This document shows, piece by piece, positions 19,951 through 32,813 of a stretch of 64,000 nucleotides of DNA. The translations under genes were made by a program, and so were the position numbers. Origin of the DNA: Gammaproteobacteria bacterium (lineage in GTDB: Bacteria; Pseudomonadota; Gammaproteobacteria; Steroidobacterales; Steroidobacteraceae); NCBI GenBank assembly GCA_052386355.1, contig JBQTKF010000055.1, positions 324-64,323 of the forward strand, read 5' to 3'. Position 1 is the first letter of the stretch. Every line of letters starts with the position of its first letter. A model generated the notes under the pieces. The model was not told the origin of the DNA. It saw only the letters and a list, made by a program, of their open reading frames with translations, and searched no databases.

Positions 19951-22900
19951 TCAGCGCTCGGCGAGGCGCCGCACGGCCTGCAACGCGACCGAGAGCGTCG
20001 GGAAGTCGGCGGCCCCCGTGGTGCGCATCTCCTGCACGGAGCGGCGCAGGTTCTCGGCCGCGCTGCCTGCGGTCCCGAGCCAGGCGTCGACCGCGGCGGC
20101 AGGGTCGCCGCGGCGGCTCTTCGCGACGATGCGGTCGCAGAGTCGGCGCTGCAGCGCGTAGGCTTCCTCGCGCAGCGTCCCGCGCGCGAGCGCCTGCCAA
20201 TGGCCTTCGACCGCCAGGCGCTCGATCTGGCCGCGGATCCAGTCGAGGCCGATCGCCGCGCCGAGGCCGTAGTAGACGTGCGCGGCATGGCGGATGGGCG
20301 CGCGGCGCGCGAGCGCGACCTCGACGATGTCCACGCCCGAATGCATGGCGCCGAGGCTCGCGACGCGGCGTGCGACCGACGGCGGCACGCCCGGCACCGT
20401 GAAGCGCGCGAGTTCCCGCTCGTAGCGATCGGCCTCGAGGCCCTCGATGACCGAGGGCAGCCCGCCGACCAGTTCGCGGATGCCCGGCCGCAGGCGAGAC
20501 ACCGCGCGCTCGATGTCGAGGTCGCGGCCGAGGTGGCGCAGCACCCAGTAGGTGAGCGGCCGGAGCAGGCGCACCGTCTCGTGCGCCATGTCGTACTGCA
20601 ACGCGGTCGGCGCGCGGTCGTCCAGCGCCTCGATGTCCGCCCAGAGATCGCGCATGTCGGTGATTTCGCGCGCGATCGCGAATGCGCGCGCGATGCTGCC
20701 GATGTCGGCGCCGGTATCCTCCTGGGTGCGGATCGCGAACACCGGGCCCATGCGGTTGACCAGGCTGTTGGTCGTCGCGGTCACGATGATCTCGCGCCGC
20801 AGCTGGTGCTTCTGGATTTCGCGCGGCCAGCGGCGCTGCACCGGCTTCGGGAAATACCGGGTGACCTCGTTGCCGAGGTAGGGATCGGCGACGATGTCCG
20901 ACTCCTGCAGCCTGGCCGACAGCCAGATCTTCGAGTAGGACAGCAGCATCGCGAGCTCGGGCCGCGTCAGGCCCTGGCCCTTGCGGTGGCGCTCGACGAT
21001 CTCGTCGTCCGCCGGCAGCGATTCGAGCGCGCGATCGAGCGTGCCCGCGCGCTCGAGCGCGCGGATCACGTGGCCGAGTTCGAAGATGCGCTCGACCGAG
21101 CGCGATTGCAGGCCCGAGATCGCGAGGCACTGCAGGTAATTGTTCCGCAGCACCAGTGCCGCGACCTCGTCGGTCATGCGGGCCAGCAGCCGGTTGCGCG
21201 CGCGCCGCTTGATCCGCCGCGACTCCATCAGCCCGCGGAACAGGATCTTGAGGTTGACCTCGACGTCGGAGCAATTGACGCCCGCAGAGTTGTCGATGAA
21301 ATCGGTGTTGATGCGCCCGCCGGCCATGGCGTACTCGACCCGGCCGCGCTGCGACAAGCCCAGGTTTCCGCCCTCGCCGACGACGCGGCAGCGCAGTTCG
21401 GCCCCGTTGACGCGCACTGCGTCGTTGGCGCGGTCGCCGATCTCGGCGTGCGTCTCGTCGGCCGCCTTCACGTAGGTGCCGATGCCGCCGTTCCACAGGA
21501 GGTCCACGGGCATCCGCAGGATCGCGCGGATCACCTCATTGGGCGCCGCGGAGGCGGCGTCGATGCCGAGCATCGCGCGCACCTCCGTCGTCAGCGGAAT
21601 CGCCTTGGCCTGGCGCGAGTGCACGCCGCCGCCCTTCGACAACAGGCGGCGGTTGTAGTCCTCCCAGCTCGAGCGCGCGAGGCCGTACAGGCGCCTGCGC
21701 TCGGCGAAGCTCCTGGCCGCATCCGGCCCGGGGTCGAGGAACACGTGGCGGTGGTCGAACGCGGCCAGCAGGCGCGTGTGAAGCGAGAGCAGCATCGCAT
21801 TGCCGAACACGTCGCCCGACATGTCGCCGATGCCGGCGACGGTGAAATCCTGTTTCTGCGTGTCGAGTCCGAGCTCGCGGAAATGCCGGCGCACCGATTC
21901 CCAGCCGCCGCGTGCCGTGATCGCCATGTCCTTGTGGTCGTAGCCCGCCGAGCCGCCCGAGGCGAAGGCATCGTCGAGCCAGAAGCCGTATTCCTGCGAG
22001 ATGGCGTTCGCGACGTCCGAGAACCTGGCGGTTCCCTTGTCGGCCGCAACCACGAGGTAGGGATCGTCGCCGTCCTGGCGCACGACCGCGGACGGCGGCA
22101 CGACGCGGTCCGCCACCACGTTGTCGGTCACGTCGAGCAGCGATCGGATGAAGATCCGGTAGCACTCGGTGCCCTCGGCTTGCGCCTCGTCGCGGCCCGC
22201 GGGCAGGCGCCGCGGCACGAAGCCGCCCTTGGCGCCGACCGGCACGATCACCGTGTTCTTGACGTTCTGGGCCTTCATCAGGCCGAGGATCTCGGTACGG
22301 AAATCCTCCCGCCTGTCCGACCAGCGCAGCCCGCCCCGCGCGACGCGGCCCATGCGCAGGTGCACGCCCTCGATGCGCGGCGAATGCACGAAGATCTCGA
22401 ACATCGGCTTCGGCGGCGGCACCTCGGCGACACGGCGCGGGTCGATCTTGAGCGAAAGGTACGGCTTAGGCGCGCCGTCCGCGCCGGCCTGGAAATAGTT
22501 GGTGCGCAGCGTCGCATCGATCGCCGCAAGAAATGCGCGCAGGATGCGGTCGTCGTCGATGCGGCGGACAGCCAGGAGCAGCCGGTCGAGGGCACGGCGC
22601 TGCGCGGCCTCTGCGCGGCGGCGCGCGGGCGCGGCCTGCGAGGGGTCGAAGCGCGCGAGGAACAGCTTCAGGAGCCGGCCGGCGGCGGCGGCGTTGCTCG
22701 CGAGCGCTTCCTCCATGTAGGACTGTGACAGCGGCAGGCCGAGCTGCCCGAACCAGCGCGCGTAGGCGCGCAACACCATCGCTTCGCGCCAGCCCAGGTC
22801 GGCCGCGAGCACCAGGCGGTTGAAACCGTCGTTGTCGGCGTTGCCGAGCCACACGTTCGCGAAGGTGGACTTGAAGCGCGGGCCGTCGCTCGCGAGGTCG

Positions 22901-24768
22901 ATCGCGACGGCGCGCGGGTGCTCGAGCTCGAAGTCCTGGATCCAGCAGGTGCCGGCCGCGGTCTCGATCTCGTACGGCCGCTCGCTGATCAGCTTGAGCC
23001 CGAGATTCTCGATGGTCGGCAGCACGTCCGAGATCGGAATCGGGCGCTCGCGTCGGAACAGCTTGAACTGCACCTTGTGCGGCGGCTGGCCCGTGTCGCG
23101 ATACAGCGCCATGCGCAGGCCCGTGGGTTCTGCGGTCAGCGCCTCGAGGCAGGCGATGTCGCCGACCGCCGCCTCGAACGGCGTGTCCTCCTGGTACGAG
23201 GCAGGGAAGGCGCGGCCCCAGGTGCGATCGAGGCGCAGCGCGTCCGCTTCGCCGTGCACGTCGGCCAGGGCGTCCTTGAGCCGGTCCTGCCAGGTGCGCA
23301 CGGCCTCGGTGATGCGGCGCTCTAGTTCCACCGCGTCCACGCCCGAGTCGCGCGTCGCCGGCGTGCGGACCAGGAGGTGCAGGCGGGCCAGCGTGGACTC
23401 CGACAGCTGAACCTGCGATTCGACCGCGAGGCCGCCGAAGGCCTCGCGTGCGAGCGCTTCGATGCGTTCCCTCGCCTGCGTGTTGTAGCGGTCCCGCGGC
23501 ACGTAGACCAGGCATGAATAGAACCGCCGGAACACGTCGCGGCGCACGAACAGCCGCACCTGCGAGCGCTCGTAGAGATTGACGACGCCGCGCAGGATCC
23601 GGATCAGGTCGGGCACGGTGGCCTGGAACAGTTCGTCGCGCGGGAAGGTTTCGAGCGCAGCGACCAGCGCCTTGTTGTCATGGCTGGCCGGCGGCAGCCC
23701 GAAGTGATCGATCACGCGCTGCACCTTGTGGCGCAGCACCGGGATCTCGCGCGGACTCTTGCTGTAGGCGGACGAGGTCCACAGGCCGATGAAGCGGCGC
23801 TCGCCGGTCACCGCGCCCTTCTCGTCGAAGGTCTTGAAGCCGACGTAGTCGAGATAGGTTCCGCGGTGCACGGTCGCCACCGAGTTCGCCTTGGTGATGA
23901 TCAGCGGCTCGGACGAGCGCGCGAATGCGCGCACCTCGCCGGTCAGCTCGATCGTCTTCGGTCTGCCGCGGCGGCCGGTACGCATCAGTCCGAGCCCCGA
24001 AGGCGCGAGCGGCCGCAGCCGGTCGCGTCGCGCGCCCCGGGCCAGGCGGTACTCGCGGTAGCCGAGGAAGGTGAAATGGCCGTCGTCCATCCATTCGAGG
24101 AGCTCGCGCGCCTCGCGCACCTCGCTCTCCATGCCGCGCACGCGCGTCCGGCCGAGCAGCGCCGCGGCGTCGCGCGTACGGGCGCGCATGCGGCGCCAGT
24201 CGGACGTCGCCGCGCGCACGTCGTCGAGCGTGCGGCGGATGTGCCGCTCGAGTTCGGCGAGGCGCCGCGGGTCCGGCTCGCGATCCACCTCGATCAGCTG
24301 CCAGGACTCCGCGCGGTTGCCCGCGACGGGGGCGCCGAGCCGCAGGTCTTTGAGCCGCCCGGCGCGGTCCCGGGCTACCGCAAACACCGGGTGTGCGAGC
24401 AGGTGGACCGCCAGCTTGTGTTCGGTGCACACGATGCCCAGCGAGTCCACCAGGAAAGGCATGTCATCGGTGACGACCATGATGACCGTGTGCGAGGAGG
24501 CAAAGCCGTCGCGGGCGCGCTCCGGGTTGAAGACGCGCACCAGCGTGCGGCCCGGCCGGCGCACGCGCGCGAATGCGAGCTGCGCGAGCGCGGCCCCGGC
24601 GAGGTCGTCCGCCGAGTGCTGCACGAGGTCGAGTTCCGAGACGCCGTTGTAGAAGCAGCGCACCAGGCGCGTCGGTGGCACCGGCAGGCGGCGGCGGGCC
24701 GCGCGGCGGGCGCGGACGGCGATGCGGGCGATGATTGCCTGCCTGGCGGCCGGGATCCTGCCTAACAT
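19951..24768 (-). CDS. gdhB: NAD-specific glutamate dehydrogenase, large (about 180 kDa) class
   Basis: 1605-aa ORF. The size and conserved central catalytic region (…[39 protein letters not shown]…) are characteristic of the Bac_GDH family. Confidence 0.9.
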   Translation of the reverse strand: MLGRIPAARQAIIARIAVRARRAARRRLPVPPTRLVRCFYNGVSELDLVQHSADDLAGAALAQLAFARVRRPGRTLVRVFNPERARDGFASSHTVIMVVTDDMPFLVDSLGIVCTEHKLAVHLLAHPVFAVARDRAGRLKDLRLGAPVAGNRAESWQLIEVDREPDPRRLAELERHIRRTLDDVRAATSDWRRMRARTRDAAALLGRTRVRGMESEVREARELLEWMDDGHFTFLGYREYRLARGARRDRLRPLAPSGLGLMRTGRRGRPKTIELTGEVRAFARSSEPLIITKANSVATVHRGTYLDYVGFKTFDEKGAVTGERRFIGLWTSSAYSKSPREIPVLRHKVQRVIDHFGLPPASHDNKALVAALETFPRDELFQATVPDLIRILRGVVNLYERSQVRLFVRRDVFRRFYSCLVYVPRDRYNTQARERIEALAREAFGGLAVESQVQLSESTLARLHLLVRTPATRDSGVDAVELERRITEAVRTWQDRLKDALADVHGEADALRLDRTWGRAFPASYQEDTPFEAAVGDIACLEALTAEPTGLRMALYRDTGQPPHKVQFKLFRRERPIPISDVLPTIENLGLKLISERPYEIETAAGTCWIQDFELEHPRAVAIDLASDGPRFKSTFANVWLGNADNDGFNRLVLAADLGWREAMVLRAYARWFGQLGLPLSQSYMEEALASNAAAAGRLLKLFLARFDPSQAAPARRRAEAAQRRALDRLLLAVRRIDDDRILRAFLAAIDATLRTNYFQAGADGAPKPYLSLKIDPRRVAEVPPPKPMFEIFVHSPRIEGVHLRMGRVARGGLRWSDRREDFRTEILGLMKAQNVKNTVIVPVGAKGGFVPRRLPAGRDEAQAEGTECYRIFIRSLLDVTDNVVADRVVPPSAVVRQDGDDPYLVVAADKGTARFSDVANAISQEYGFWLDDAFASGGSAGYDHKDMAITARGGWESVRRHFRELGLDTQKQDFTVAGIGDMSGDVFGNAMLLSLHTRLLAAFDHRHVFLDPGPDAARSFAERRRLYGLARSSWEDYNRRLLSKGGGVHSRQAKAIPLTTEVRAMLGIDAASAAPNEVIRAILRMPVDLLWNGGIGTYVKAADETHAEIGDRANDAVRVNGAELRCRVVGEGGNLGLSQRGRVEYAMAGGRINTDFIDNSAGVNCSDVEVNLKILFRGLMESRRIKRRARNRLLARMTDEVAALVLRNNYLQCLAISGLQSRSVERIFELGHVIRALERAGTLDRALESLPADDEIVERHRKGQGLTRPELAMLLSYSKIWLSARLQESDIVADPYLGNEVTRYFPKPVQRRWPREIQKHQLRREIIVTATTNSLVNRMGPVFAIRTQEDTGADIGSIARAFAIAREITDMRDLWADIEALDDRAPTALQYDMAHETVRLLRPLTYWVLRHLGRDLDIERAVSRLRPGIRELVGGLPSVIEGLEADRYERELARFTVPGVPPSVARRVASLGAMHSGVDIVEVALARRAPIRHAAHVYYGLGAAIGLDWIRGQIERLAVEGHWQALARGTLREEAYALQRRLCDRIVAKSRRGDPAAAVDAWLGTAGSAAENLRRSVQEMRTTGAADFPTLSVALQAVRRLAER

Positions 24769-24859
24769 TCGCGCAAATTATACACGGGACCCCGGCGGCG
24801 GTTCCGCGCGCGGCCCGTACGCATTAGAGTGACGGGAGCATCCGATGCGGGAGCCGGCG

Positions 24860-25906
24860 ATGGCAGACCTTTTCGAGAACCCGATGGGCACCGACGGCTT
24901 CGAATTCGTCGAGTACACCGCGCCCGATCCCGACCTGCTGCGCCGGCTTTTCGCGCGCATGGGCTTCCCGGTCAGCGCGCGCCATCGACGCAAGAATGTC
25001 ACGCTGCACCGCCAGGGCGACGTCAATTTCATCATCAACGCGGAGCCCGGCGGATTCGGCCAGCGCTTCGCGCGCGAGCACGGTCCGTCCGCCTGCGCGA
25101 TGGCGTTTCGCGTGAAGGACGCGGCCATGGCGTTCCGCCGCGCTGTCGAGCTCGGCGCAATACCCGTCGAAACCCGCGTCGGGCCGATGGAGCTCTCGAT
25201 CCCGGCGATCGAGGGCATCGGCGGCAGCCTGATCTACCTGGTCGACCGCTACGGCGAGCGCACGATCTACGACGTGGATTTCGTCCCGGTGCAGGACCCG
25301 GAACCGGTCCGGCAGGCCGGCCTCGCCGTCATCGACCACCTGACGCACAACGTGCGCCGCGGCAACATGGACCGCTGGGCCGGCTACTACGAGAAGTTGT
25401 TCAACTTCCGCGAGATCCGCTACTTCGACATCGAGGGGAAAAAGACCGGTCTGTTCAGCCGCGCAATGACGAGCCCCTGCGGCAAGATCCGCATCCCGAT
25501 CAACGAGAGCCAGGACGACAGGAGCCAGATCGAGGAGTACATCCGCGAGTACCAGGGCGAGGGCATCCAGCACATCGCGCTCGCCGCCGGCGACATCTAT
25601 GCGGCGGTGGATGCGCTGCGCGCAAATGGCGTCGAATTCCAGGACACGCCGGACACCTACTATGAAGGCGTGAGCGCGCGCGTGGAGGGACATCGCGAGT
25701 CGCTCGCACGGATGCAGGAGCGGCGCATCCTGATCGACGGCAGCGCCAGTGACGGCATCCTGCTGCAGATCTTCACCAGGAACGTGATCGGTCCGATCTT
25801 CTTCGAGATCATCCAGCGCAAGGGCAACGAAGGTTTCGGGGAGGGCAATTTCCGCGCCCTGTTCGAGTCCATCGAGCTCGACCAGGAACGGCGCGGCGTG
25901 ATCTGA
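24860..25906 (+). CDS. hppD: 4-hydroxyphenylpyruvate dioxygenase
   Basis: MADLFENPMGTDGFEFVEYTAPDP... closely resembles Pseudomonas-type HppD N-termini. C-terminal motifs are IQHIAL and ...EIIQRKG..GFGEGNFRALFESIE. Confidence 0.92.
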   Translation: MADLFENPMGTDGFEFVEYTAPDPDLLRRLFARMGFPVSARHRRKNVTLHRQGDVNFIINAEPGGFGQRFAREHGPSACAMAFRVKDAAMAFRRAVELGAIPVETRVGPMELSIPAIEGIGGSLIYLVDRYGERTIYDVDFVPVQDPEPVRQAGLAVIDHLTHNVRRGNMDRWAGYYEKLFNFREIRYFDIEGKKTGLFSRAMTSPCGKIRIPINESQDDRSQIEEYIREYQGEGIQHIALAAGDIYAAVDALRANGVEFQDTPDTYYEGVSARVEGHRESLARMQERRILIDGSASDGILLQIFTRNVIGPIFFEIIQRKGNEGFGEGNFRALFESIELDQERRGVI

Positions 25907-26062
25907 GTCGCCCGCGCCAGCCACAATGTGACCTGCGTCGCGCGGGCGGCACGATCCGCCGCCGGCGGTTTGACAGGGCCGTGGTGCCGGACAAACATCC
26001 CGTACGGGCGACTTCCGGGAGCCGCCGCGGGAGTCCGAGGCAGTGCGGCGGAAGCTACCCCT

Positions 26063-27142
26063 GTGATCGATGGACTGAAGATCTTCCTGAGGGACCTCCT
26101 CGGTCCGCTCTACGAATACGTTTACGCGGCTGCGAGCGGCCTGTTGCGCTTCGTGCAAACGGGGCACATGCACTACGTGTTCTTTGCGACGGCGCTGGTG
26201 ATCGCGTTTGCCTACTACTGGCGGTACGTGCGGGCCACGGGCGGCGGAGCAGGCTTCGCGCGATGGCTGCTGCCGCGTGAGATCTACCTGCACCGCTCGG
26301 CCGTCGTCGACTACCAGTACTACCTGGTCAACTCGATCATCCTGAGCAAGGTGTACCCGGTGATATTCATCGGGTTGCCTGGCGTGCTGCTGGTCTCGGA
26401 TGGCGTGCGCCAGGTGCTGACATCCGCCTTCGGCCCCGCCGGAGTTTCCGGCCCGCCCTCGGTCTGGGCCGGCATCGCCTTCACCGTCGCGATGACGCTC
26501 GCATTCGATTTTGCGAAATGGTACGCGCACTTCCTGGAGCACCGGGTGCCGGTGCTGTGGGAGTTCCACAAGGTGCATCATTCCGCCGAGGTGCTGACGC
26601 CGTTCACGAACAGTCGCTCGCACCCGGTCGACCAGATCCTCGAACAGCTGATGGTCGCCTTCGTCTCGGCGCCGGTGACGGGCGTGTTCGCCTGGCTGTA
26701 CCCCGCGCAGGTCACCGAGATCACGCTGTGGAACCTCGGCATCCTGCACCTGGCATTTTTCCTCACGCAGCACCTGCGCCATTCCCACGTGCGGCTGGGA
26801 TTCGGCCGCTGGGCGAGCCGCATCTTCTCGAGCCCGGCCATGCACCAGATCCACCACAGCGTCGAGGAACGGCACTGGGACAGGAACTTCGCGCTGATGT
26901 TCTCGCTGTGGGACGTGCTGGCCGGCACCAACTACATCCCGGCGAGTGACGAAAAGTACCGGCTCGGCCTGCCCGGCGGCGAGCACCGCCGGTTCCAGTC
27001 ACTCGGCGCCCTCTACTTCGCGCCGTTCGCTGCGGCCGCGCGCCGGGTCCGGCGCGGCGACGCCGTCGCGAGGGGCGGTGAACCACCCTTGCCGGTCAAC
27101 GAGCCGGGCAGTCCGCCCAAGCCGAAGCGGCCTGCGTCTTGA
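26063..27142 (+). CDS. Fatty acid hydroxylase / sterol desaturase family membrane di-iron protein (paralogue 1)
   Basis: His boxes HFLEH, HKVHHS, HLRHSH and HQIHHS, with several TM helices. The GTG 26063 start is inferred from colinearity with the N-terminus of the downstream paralogue (VIDGLKIFLRDLLGP vs MILEFKEWLRHLLGP). Confidence 0.8.
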   Translation: MIDGLKIFLRDLLGPLYEYVYAAASGLLRFVQTGHMHYVFFATALVIAFAYYWRYVRATGGGAGFARWLLPREIYLHRSAVVDYQYYLVNSIILSKVYPVIFIGLPGVLLVSDGVRQVLTSAFGPAGVSGPPSVWAGIAFTVAMTLAFDFAKWYAHFLEHRVPVLWEFHKVHHSAEVLTPFTNSRSHPVDQILEQLMVAFVSAPVTGVFAWLYPAQVTEITLWNLGILHLAFFLTQHLRHSHVRLGFGRWASRIFSSPAMHQIHHSVEERHWDRNFALMFSLWDVLAGTNYIPASDEKYRLGLPGGEHRRFQSLGALYFAPFAAAARRVRRGDAVARGGEPPLPVNEPGSPPKPKRPAS

Positions 27143-28155
27143 TCCTGGAATTCAAGGAATGGCTCCGGCACCTGCTGGGGCCCGCCTACGAATTCGCGCA
27201 TCTGCTGGCGAGCGGATTGCTGCGATTCTTCGATGCAGGCGCGATGCACTACGTCTTCTTCGGCACCGCGGCCATCATTGCCTACGTCTACTTCCGCGCC
27301 AGGGTCGTGCGGGAAGGCGGGGCGGAGCGCGGCGGATTCCTTCGCTGGCTCTTGCCCCGTGACATCTACCTGCACCGGTCGGCGATCGTCGAGTACCAGT
27401 ATTACCTGCTCAACTCGATACTCCTGTCGACCAAGGCGTTTCCGGCGGTGATTCTCGGCATCACGGGCCTGTTCGCGGCGGCGGACGGCGTCAGCGCGCT
27501 GCTGACCGGCGCGTTCGGCGCCAACGAGCCAGCCGACCCTCCGTCACTGGCGCTGCGGCTCGGTTATACGGCGGCGCTGGCCCTGGCCATCGATTTCGCA
27601 AAATGGTGTTCGCACCGGCTGATGCACCACGTCGGGTTCCTGTGGGAATTCCACAAGGTGCACCACTCGGCGGAAGTGCTGACGCCGTTCACGAATGGCC
27701 GGTCCCATCCGGTCGACATGCTGCTGGAACTGGCGCTGGCATTGCTGCTGGCCGCACCCGTCACCGGATTCGTGGCATGGATGCATCCGCAGCATGTCAC
27801 CGAGATCACGCTGTGGAACATCGGGGTCATCTCGGTCGCGTATTTCGTCACGCAGCACCTGCGCCACACCCACATCCCGCTCGGGTTCGGCGCGCTCGCG
27901 AGCCGCGTGTTTTCGAGCCCGGCGATGCACCAGGTCCACCACAGCATCGAACCCAGGCACCGGAACCGGAACTACGCGGTCATGTTTTCGCTGTGGGACA
28001 CGCTGGCAGGGACGAACTACGTTCCGGCGGACGACGAGCGGTTCCGCATCGGCCTGCCTCACGACGAGCACCTGCGTTTTCGAAGCGTGTTCGCGCTCTA
28101 CCTCGAGCCATTCGCCGCGATCGCACGGCGGGTGCGGCAGCGCCTGGGTGCCTAG
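27139..28155 (+). CDS. Fatty acid hydroxylase / sterol desaturase family membrane di-iron protein (paralogue 2)
   Basis: His boxes HRLMHH, HKVHHS, HLRHTH and HQVHHS. TTG start at 27139 in a TTGA overlap with the stop of paralogue 1. Confidence 0.8.
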   Translation: MILEFKEWLRHLLGPAYEFAHLLASGLLRFFDAGAMHYVFFGTAAIIAYVYFRARVVREGGAERGGFLRWLLPRDIYLHRSAIVEYQYYLLNSILLSTKAFPAVILGITGLFAAADGVSALLTGAFGANEPADPPSLALRLGYTAALALAIDFAKWCSHRLMHHVGFLWEFHKVHHSAEVLTPFTNGRSHPVDMLLELALALLLAAPVTGFVAWMHPQHVTEITLWNIGVISVAYFVTQHLRHTHIPLGFGALASRVFSSPAMHQVHHSIEPRHRNRNYAVMFSLWDTLAGTNYVPADDERFRIGLPHDEHLRFRSVFALYLEPFAAIARRVRQRLGA

Positions 28156-29264
28156 GGCCGGTGCGGCCTCGCCAGGTAGGCGCGGCCCTGCATTTCATGG
28201 AGGCGGCTGGAAGTGCGGCGGAACTCGAAGGCGAGCCGCTCGCCGCGATAGAGGCCCTCGGGTGCGTCCGCGGCAGCCGAGAGGAACAACTTGACGCCGC
28301 GATCGTAGAACTCGTCGACCAGCGTGATGAAGCGGCGCGCCGCGTCGTCCTGCGCGGCGTCCATGACCGGCACGCCGCTCACGAACACCGTGTGATAGCA
28401 GCGCGCGATCTCGATGTAGTCGGCCGCGGCGCGCGGGCCCTCGCACAATTCCCGGAACTCGAACCAGGCGAGGTCGTCGGCCTCGCGCCGTGCGCGGATC
28501 GCGCGGCCATTCACTTCGACGCGGACATTGCGGTCCACCGCGCTGTCGGCGATGCGCCCGAACTCCGCCGCGAGCCGCCGCTCTGCGTCGGCCTCGCCGG
28601 GGCCGAGGAAGAGCGCCGCACGCTCGAGCTGGCGCAGGCGGTAGTCGATGCCGCCGTCCAGCTCCTGCACGCGGCAATGCTTCTCGACCAGTGCGATGGC
28701 GGGCAGGAAGCGCTCGCGCTGCAGCCCGCCCCGGTACAGGCGCGCGGGCGGCAGGTTGGAGGTCGCGACCAGGGTGACGCCGCGCCGGAACAGGCCGTCG
28801 AGCAACCCGGCGAGGATCATCGCATCCGCGACGTCGCTGACCGTGAACTCGTCGAAGCACAGGACCTGCGCCTGCCGCGCCGCATCCGCAGCCACCTGCT
28901 CGAGCGGCGACGGACGGTCGCGGTGGCGCGCAAGCGCCGCGTGGACGCCCTGCATGAAGCGATGGAAGTGCTCGCGGCGCTTGGCCTTCACCGGGAGCTC
29001 CCAGAAGAACTGGTCGACGAGAAAGGTCTTGCCGCGGCCGACGCCGCCCCAGAGCCAGAGCCCGCGCAGCGGCTGCACGCGCCGCGAGCCCGGCAGCAGC
29101 TGCAGCCCGCGCTCGATCAGGGAGCCGGCCCCCTTGCGCGCGATCACGCGCCGGCGCAGGTCCTCGAGCCGCGCGAGCGCCGCCGACTGGGAGGCGTCGG
29201 GCGCGTGGCCCTGCGCGGCGAGCGCCGCCTGGCAGCGGGCGGTCAGCGGGGCATTGGCGGTCAT
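28152..29264 (-). CDS. zapE: AFG1-like ATPase / cell division protein ZapE
   Basis: 370 aa from the ATG at 29264 (MTANAPLTARC...). Walker A is GGVGRGKTFL and Walker B is VLCFDEF, the typical ZapE/AFG1 layout. Confidence 0.85.
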   Translation of the reverse strand: MTANAPLTARCQAALAAQGHAPDASQSAALARLEDLRRRVIARKGAGSLIERGLQLLPGSRRVQPLRGLWLWGGVGRGKTFLVDQFFWELPVKAKRREHFHRFMQGVHAALARHRDRPSPLEQVAADAARQAQVLCFDEFTVSDVADAMILAGLLDGLFRRGVTLVATSNLPPARLYRGGLQRERFLPAIALVEKHCRVQELDGGIDYRLRQLERAALFLGPGEADAERRLAAEFGRIADSAVDRNVRVEVNGRAIRARREADDLAWFEFRELCEGPRAAADYIEIARCYHTVFVSGVPVMDAAQDDAARRFITLVDEFYDRGVKLFLSAAADAPEGLYRGERLAFEFRRTSSRLHEMQGRAYLARPHRP

Positions 29265-29268
29265 GGCC

Positions 29269-31214
<1,946 letters not shown>

Positions 31215-31218
<4 letters not shown>

Positions 31219-32813
31219 AGGTTCTGGTAGTTCGGCCCCGATCCGCCCTCGGGGACCGTCCACGTGATGATGCCGTAGGGATCCTTGATGTCGCAGGCCT
31301 TGCAGTGCACGCAATTGGCGGCGTTGATCTGGAGCCGCCGGCCGCCCGCGCCATCGTCCACCATTTCATACACCTGCGCCGGGCAGAAGTTCTCGCAGGG
31401 ATTGCCGAATTCCGTCGTACAACGCGTTGCGCAGATCGAGGTGTCGGCGACCTTGAGGTGCGCGGGTTGCGACTCGTCGTGCACGTTGCCGGCGTGGAAC
31501 ACGGCGGCGGGCCGGTCGCGCGGCGGCAGCGTGCGTTCGGTCCAGCCGCGGTCCACGGTCGGAAACGTCTCGAGCCGGTGCAGCGCCAGGTGGTTCTCGC
31601 GCTGCCCGAGCGTCCAGGGGCTGCGGCCGACGGTCAGCGTCTCGAGCGCCGCATTCGCGAGTCCCCACCACAGGCCGCGGTGGAAGCCCGGCTTGAAGTT
31701 GCGGACGCGCCAGAGTTCCCGGCCGCCCGGCGATTTGCGCCAGCGCGCCTCGTACCCGGCGGTATCGGCGCGCTCGGCCAGGTGTTCCGCCGCGAGCACG
31801 CCGGAGCGGATCGCCTGGTGCACGCCCTTGATCTTCGGCACGTTGAGCGTGCCCGCGGCATCGCCGATCACGAGCAATCCCGGCGCGTCCATGCGCGGCA
31901 GCGATTGCCATCCGCCGGCCGCGATGGCGCGCGCACCGTAGGCAAGAAGTTCGCCGCCCTCGAGCAGCGCGCGCACACGCGGGTGATGCTTGAACTGCTG
32001 GAAGGCCTCGAACGGCTTGAATCGGGGGTCGGCATAGTCGAGTCCGATCACGTAGCCCACGTACACGCGATCGCCATCGAGGTGGTAGGCGAAGCTGCCG
32101 CCGTAGGTCCGCGAGTCCACCGGCCAGCCGACGCTGTGCTGGATCAGCCCTGGTTCCGCGCGGCCGGGCGGCAGTTGCCACAACTCCTTGAAGCCGAGGC
32201 CATAGGTCTGTGGTTCGCGGCCGTCGGCGAGCCCGAGCTTCGCGACGAGCTGCCGCGTTACGCTGCCGCGGCAGCCTTCCGCGAGCACGGTGGTGCCTGC
32301 GCGGATGTCGGCGCCCGATGTGAAATTCGGACCCGGCTGGCCGTCGTGGCCGACGCCCATGTCGCCGAGACGAACGCCGGCGACGCGTCCGTCCTCCACG
32401 ATCGCCCCGGCGGCCGCGAATCCGGGAAACACATCGACCCCCAGCGCCTCGGCGCGTTGCGCGATCCACGGCACCATCAGGCCGAGCGACACGATGAAGT
32501 TGCCGCGGTTGTGCATCTGCGGCGGGTTGGGCAGGCGGAAGGCCTTTTCGCGCGTGAGATACCAGAACTCGTCGCGCTTCGCGGGCACGCAGATCGCGGG
32601 CGGCGACTGCCGCCATTCCGGCAGCAGCGCGTCGAGCGGCTCGGGCTCCATGACGCAGCCCGACAGCATGTGCGCGCCGACCGCGGCGCCTTTCTCCAGC
32701 ACGCAGACCGAGAGTTCGGGCTTCAGCTGCCTGAGGCGGATCGCGCAGGCGAGGCCCGCGGGCCCGGCGCCGACGATCACGACGTCGTACCGCATGACGT
32801 CGCGATCGGTCAC
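31215..32813 (-). CDS. Electron-transfer flavoprotein:ubiquinone oxidoreductase (ETF-QO)
   Basis: FAD motif [16 protein letters not shown] and a C-terminal 4Fe-4S ferredoxin-like motif (CPAQVYE...[13 protein letters not shown]). GTG 32813 is favoured (GTGA overlap with the upstream stop); ATG 32795 is the alternative. Confidence 0.9.

Noticed and set aside
25928-26062. 45-codon N-terminal extension of hydroxylase paralogue 1 (track ORF start at 25928).
   Set aside because: The extension is Ala/Arg/Gly-rich and has no counterpart in the paralogue. Alignment of the two paralogues begins precisely at GTG 26063, and the region more plausibly holds a promoter (TTGACA at 25969-25974).
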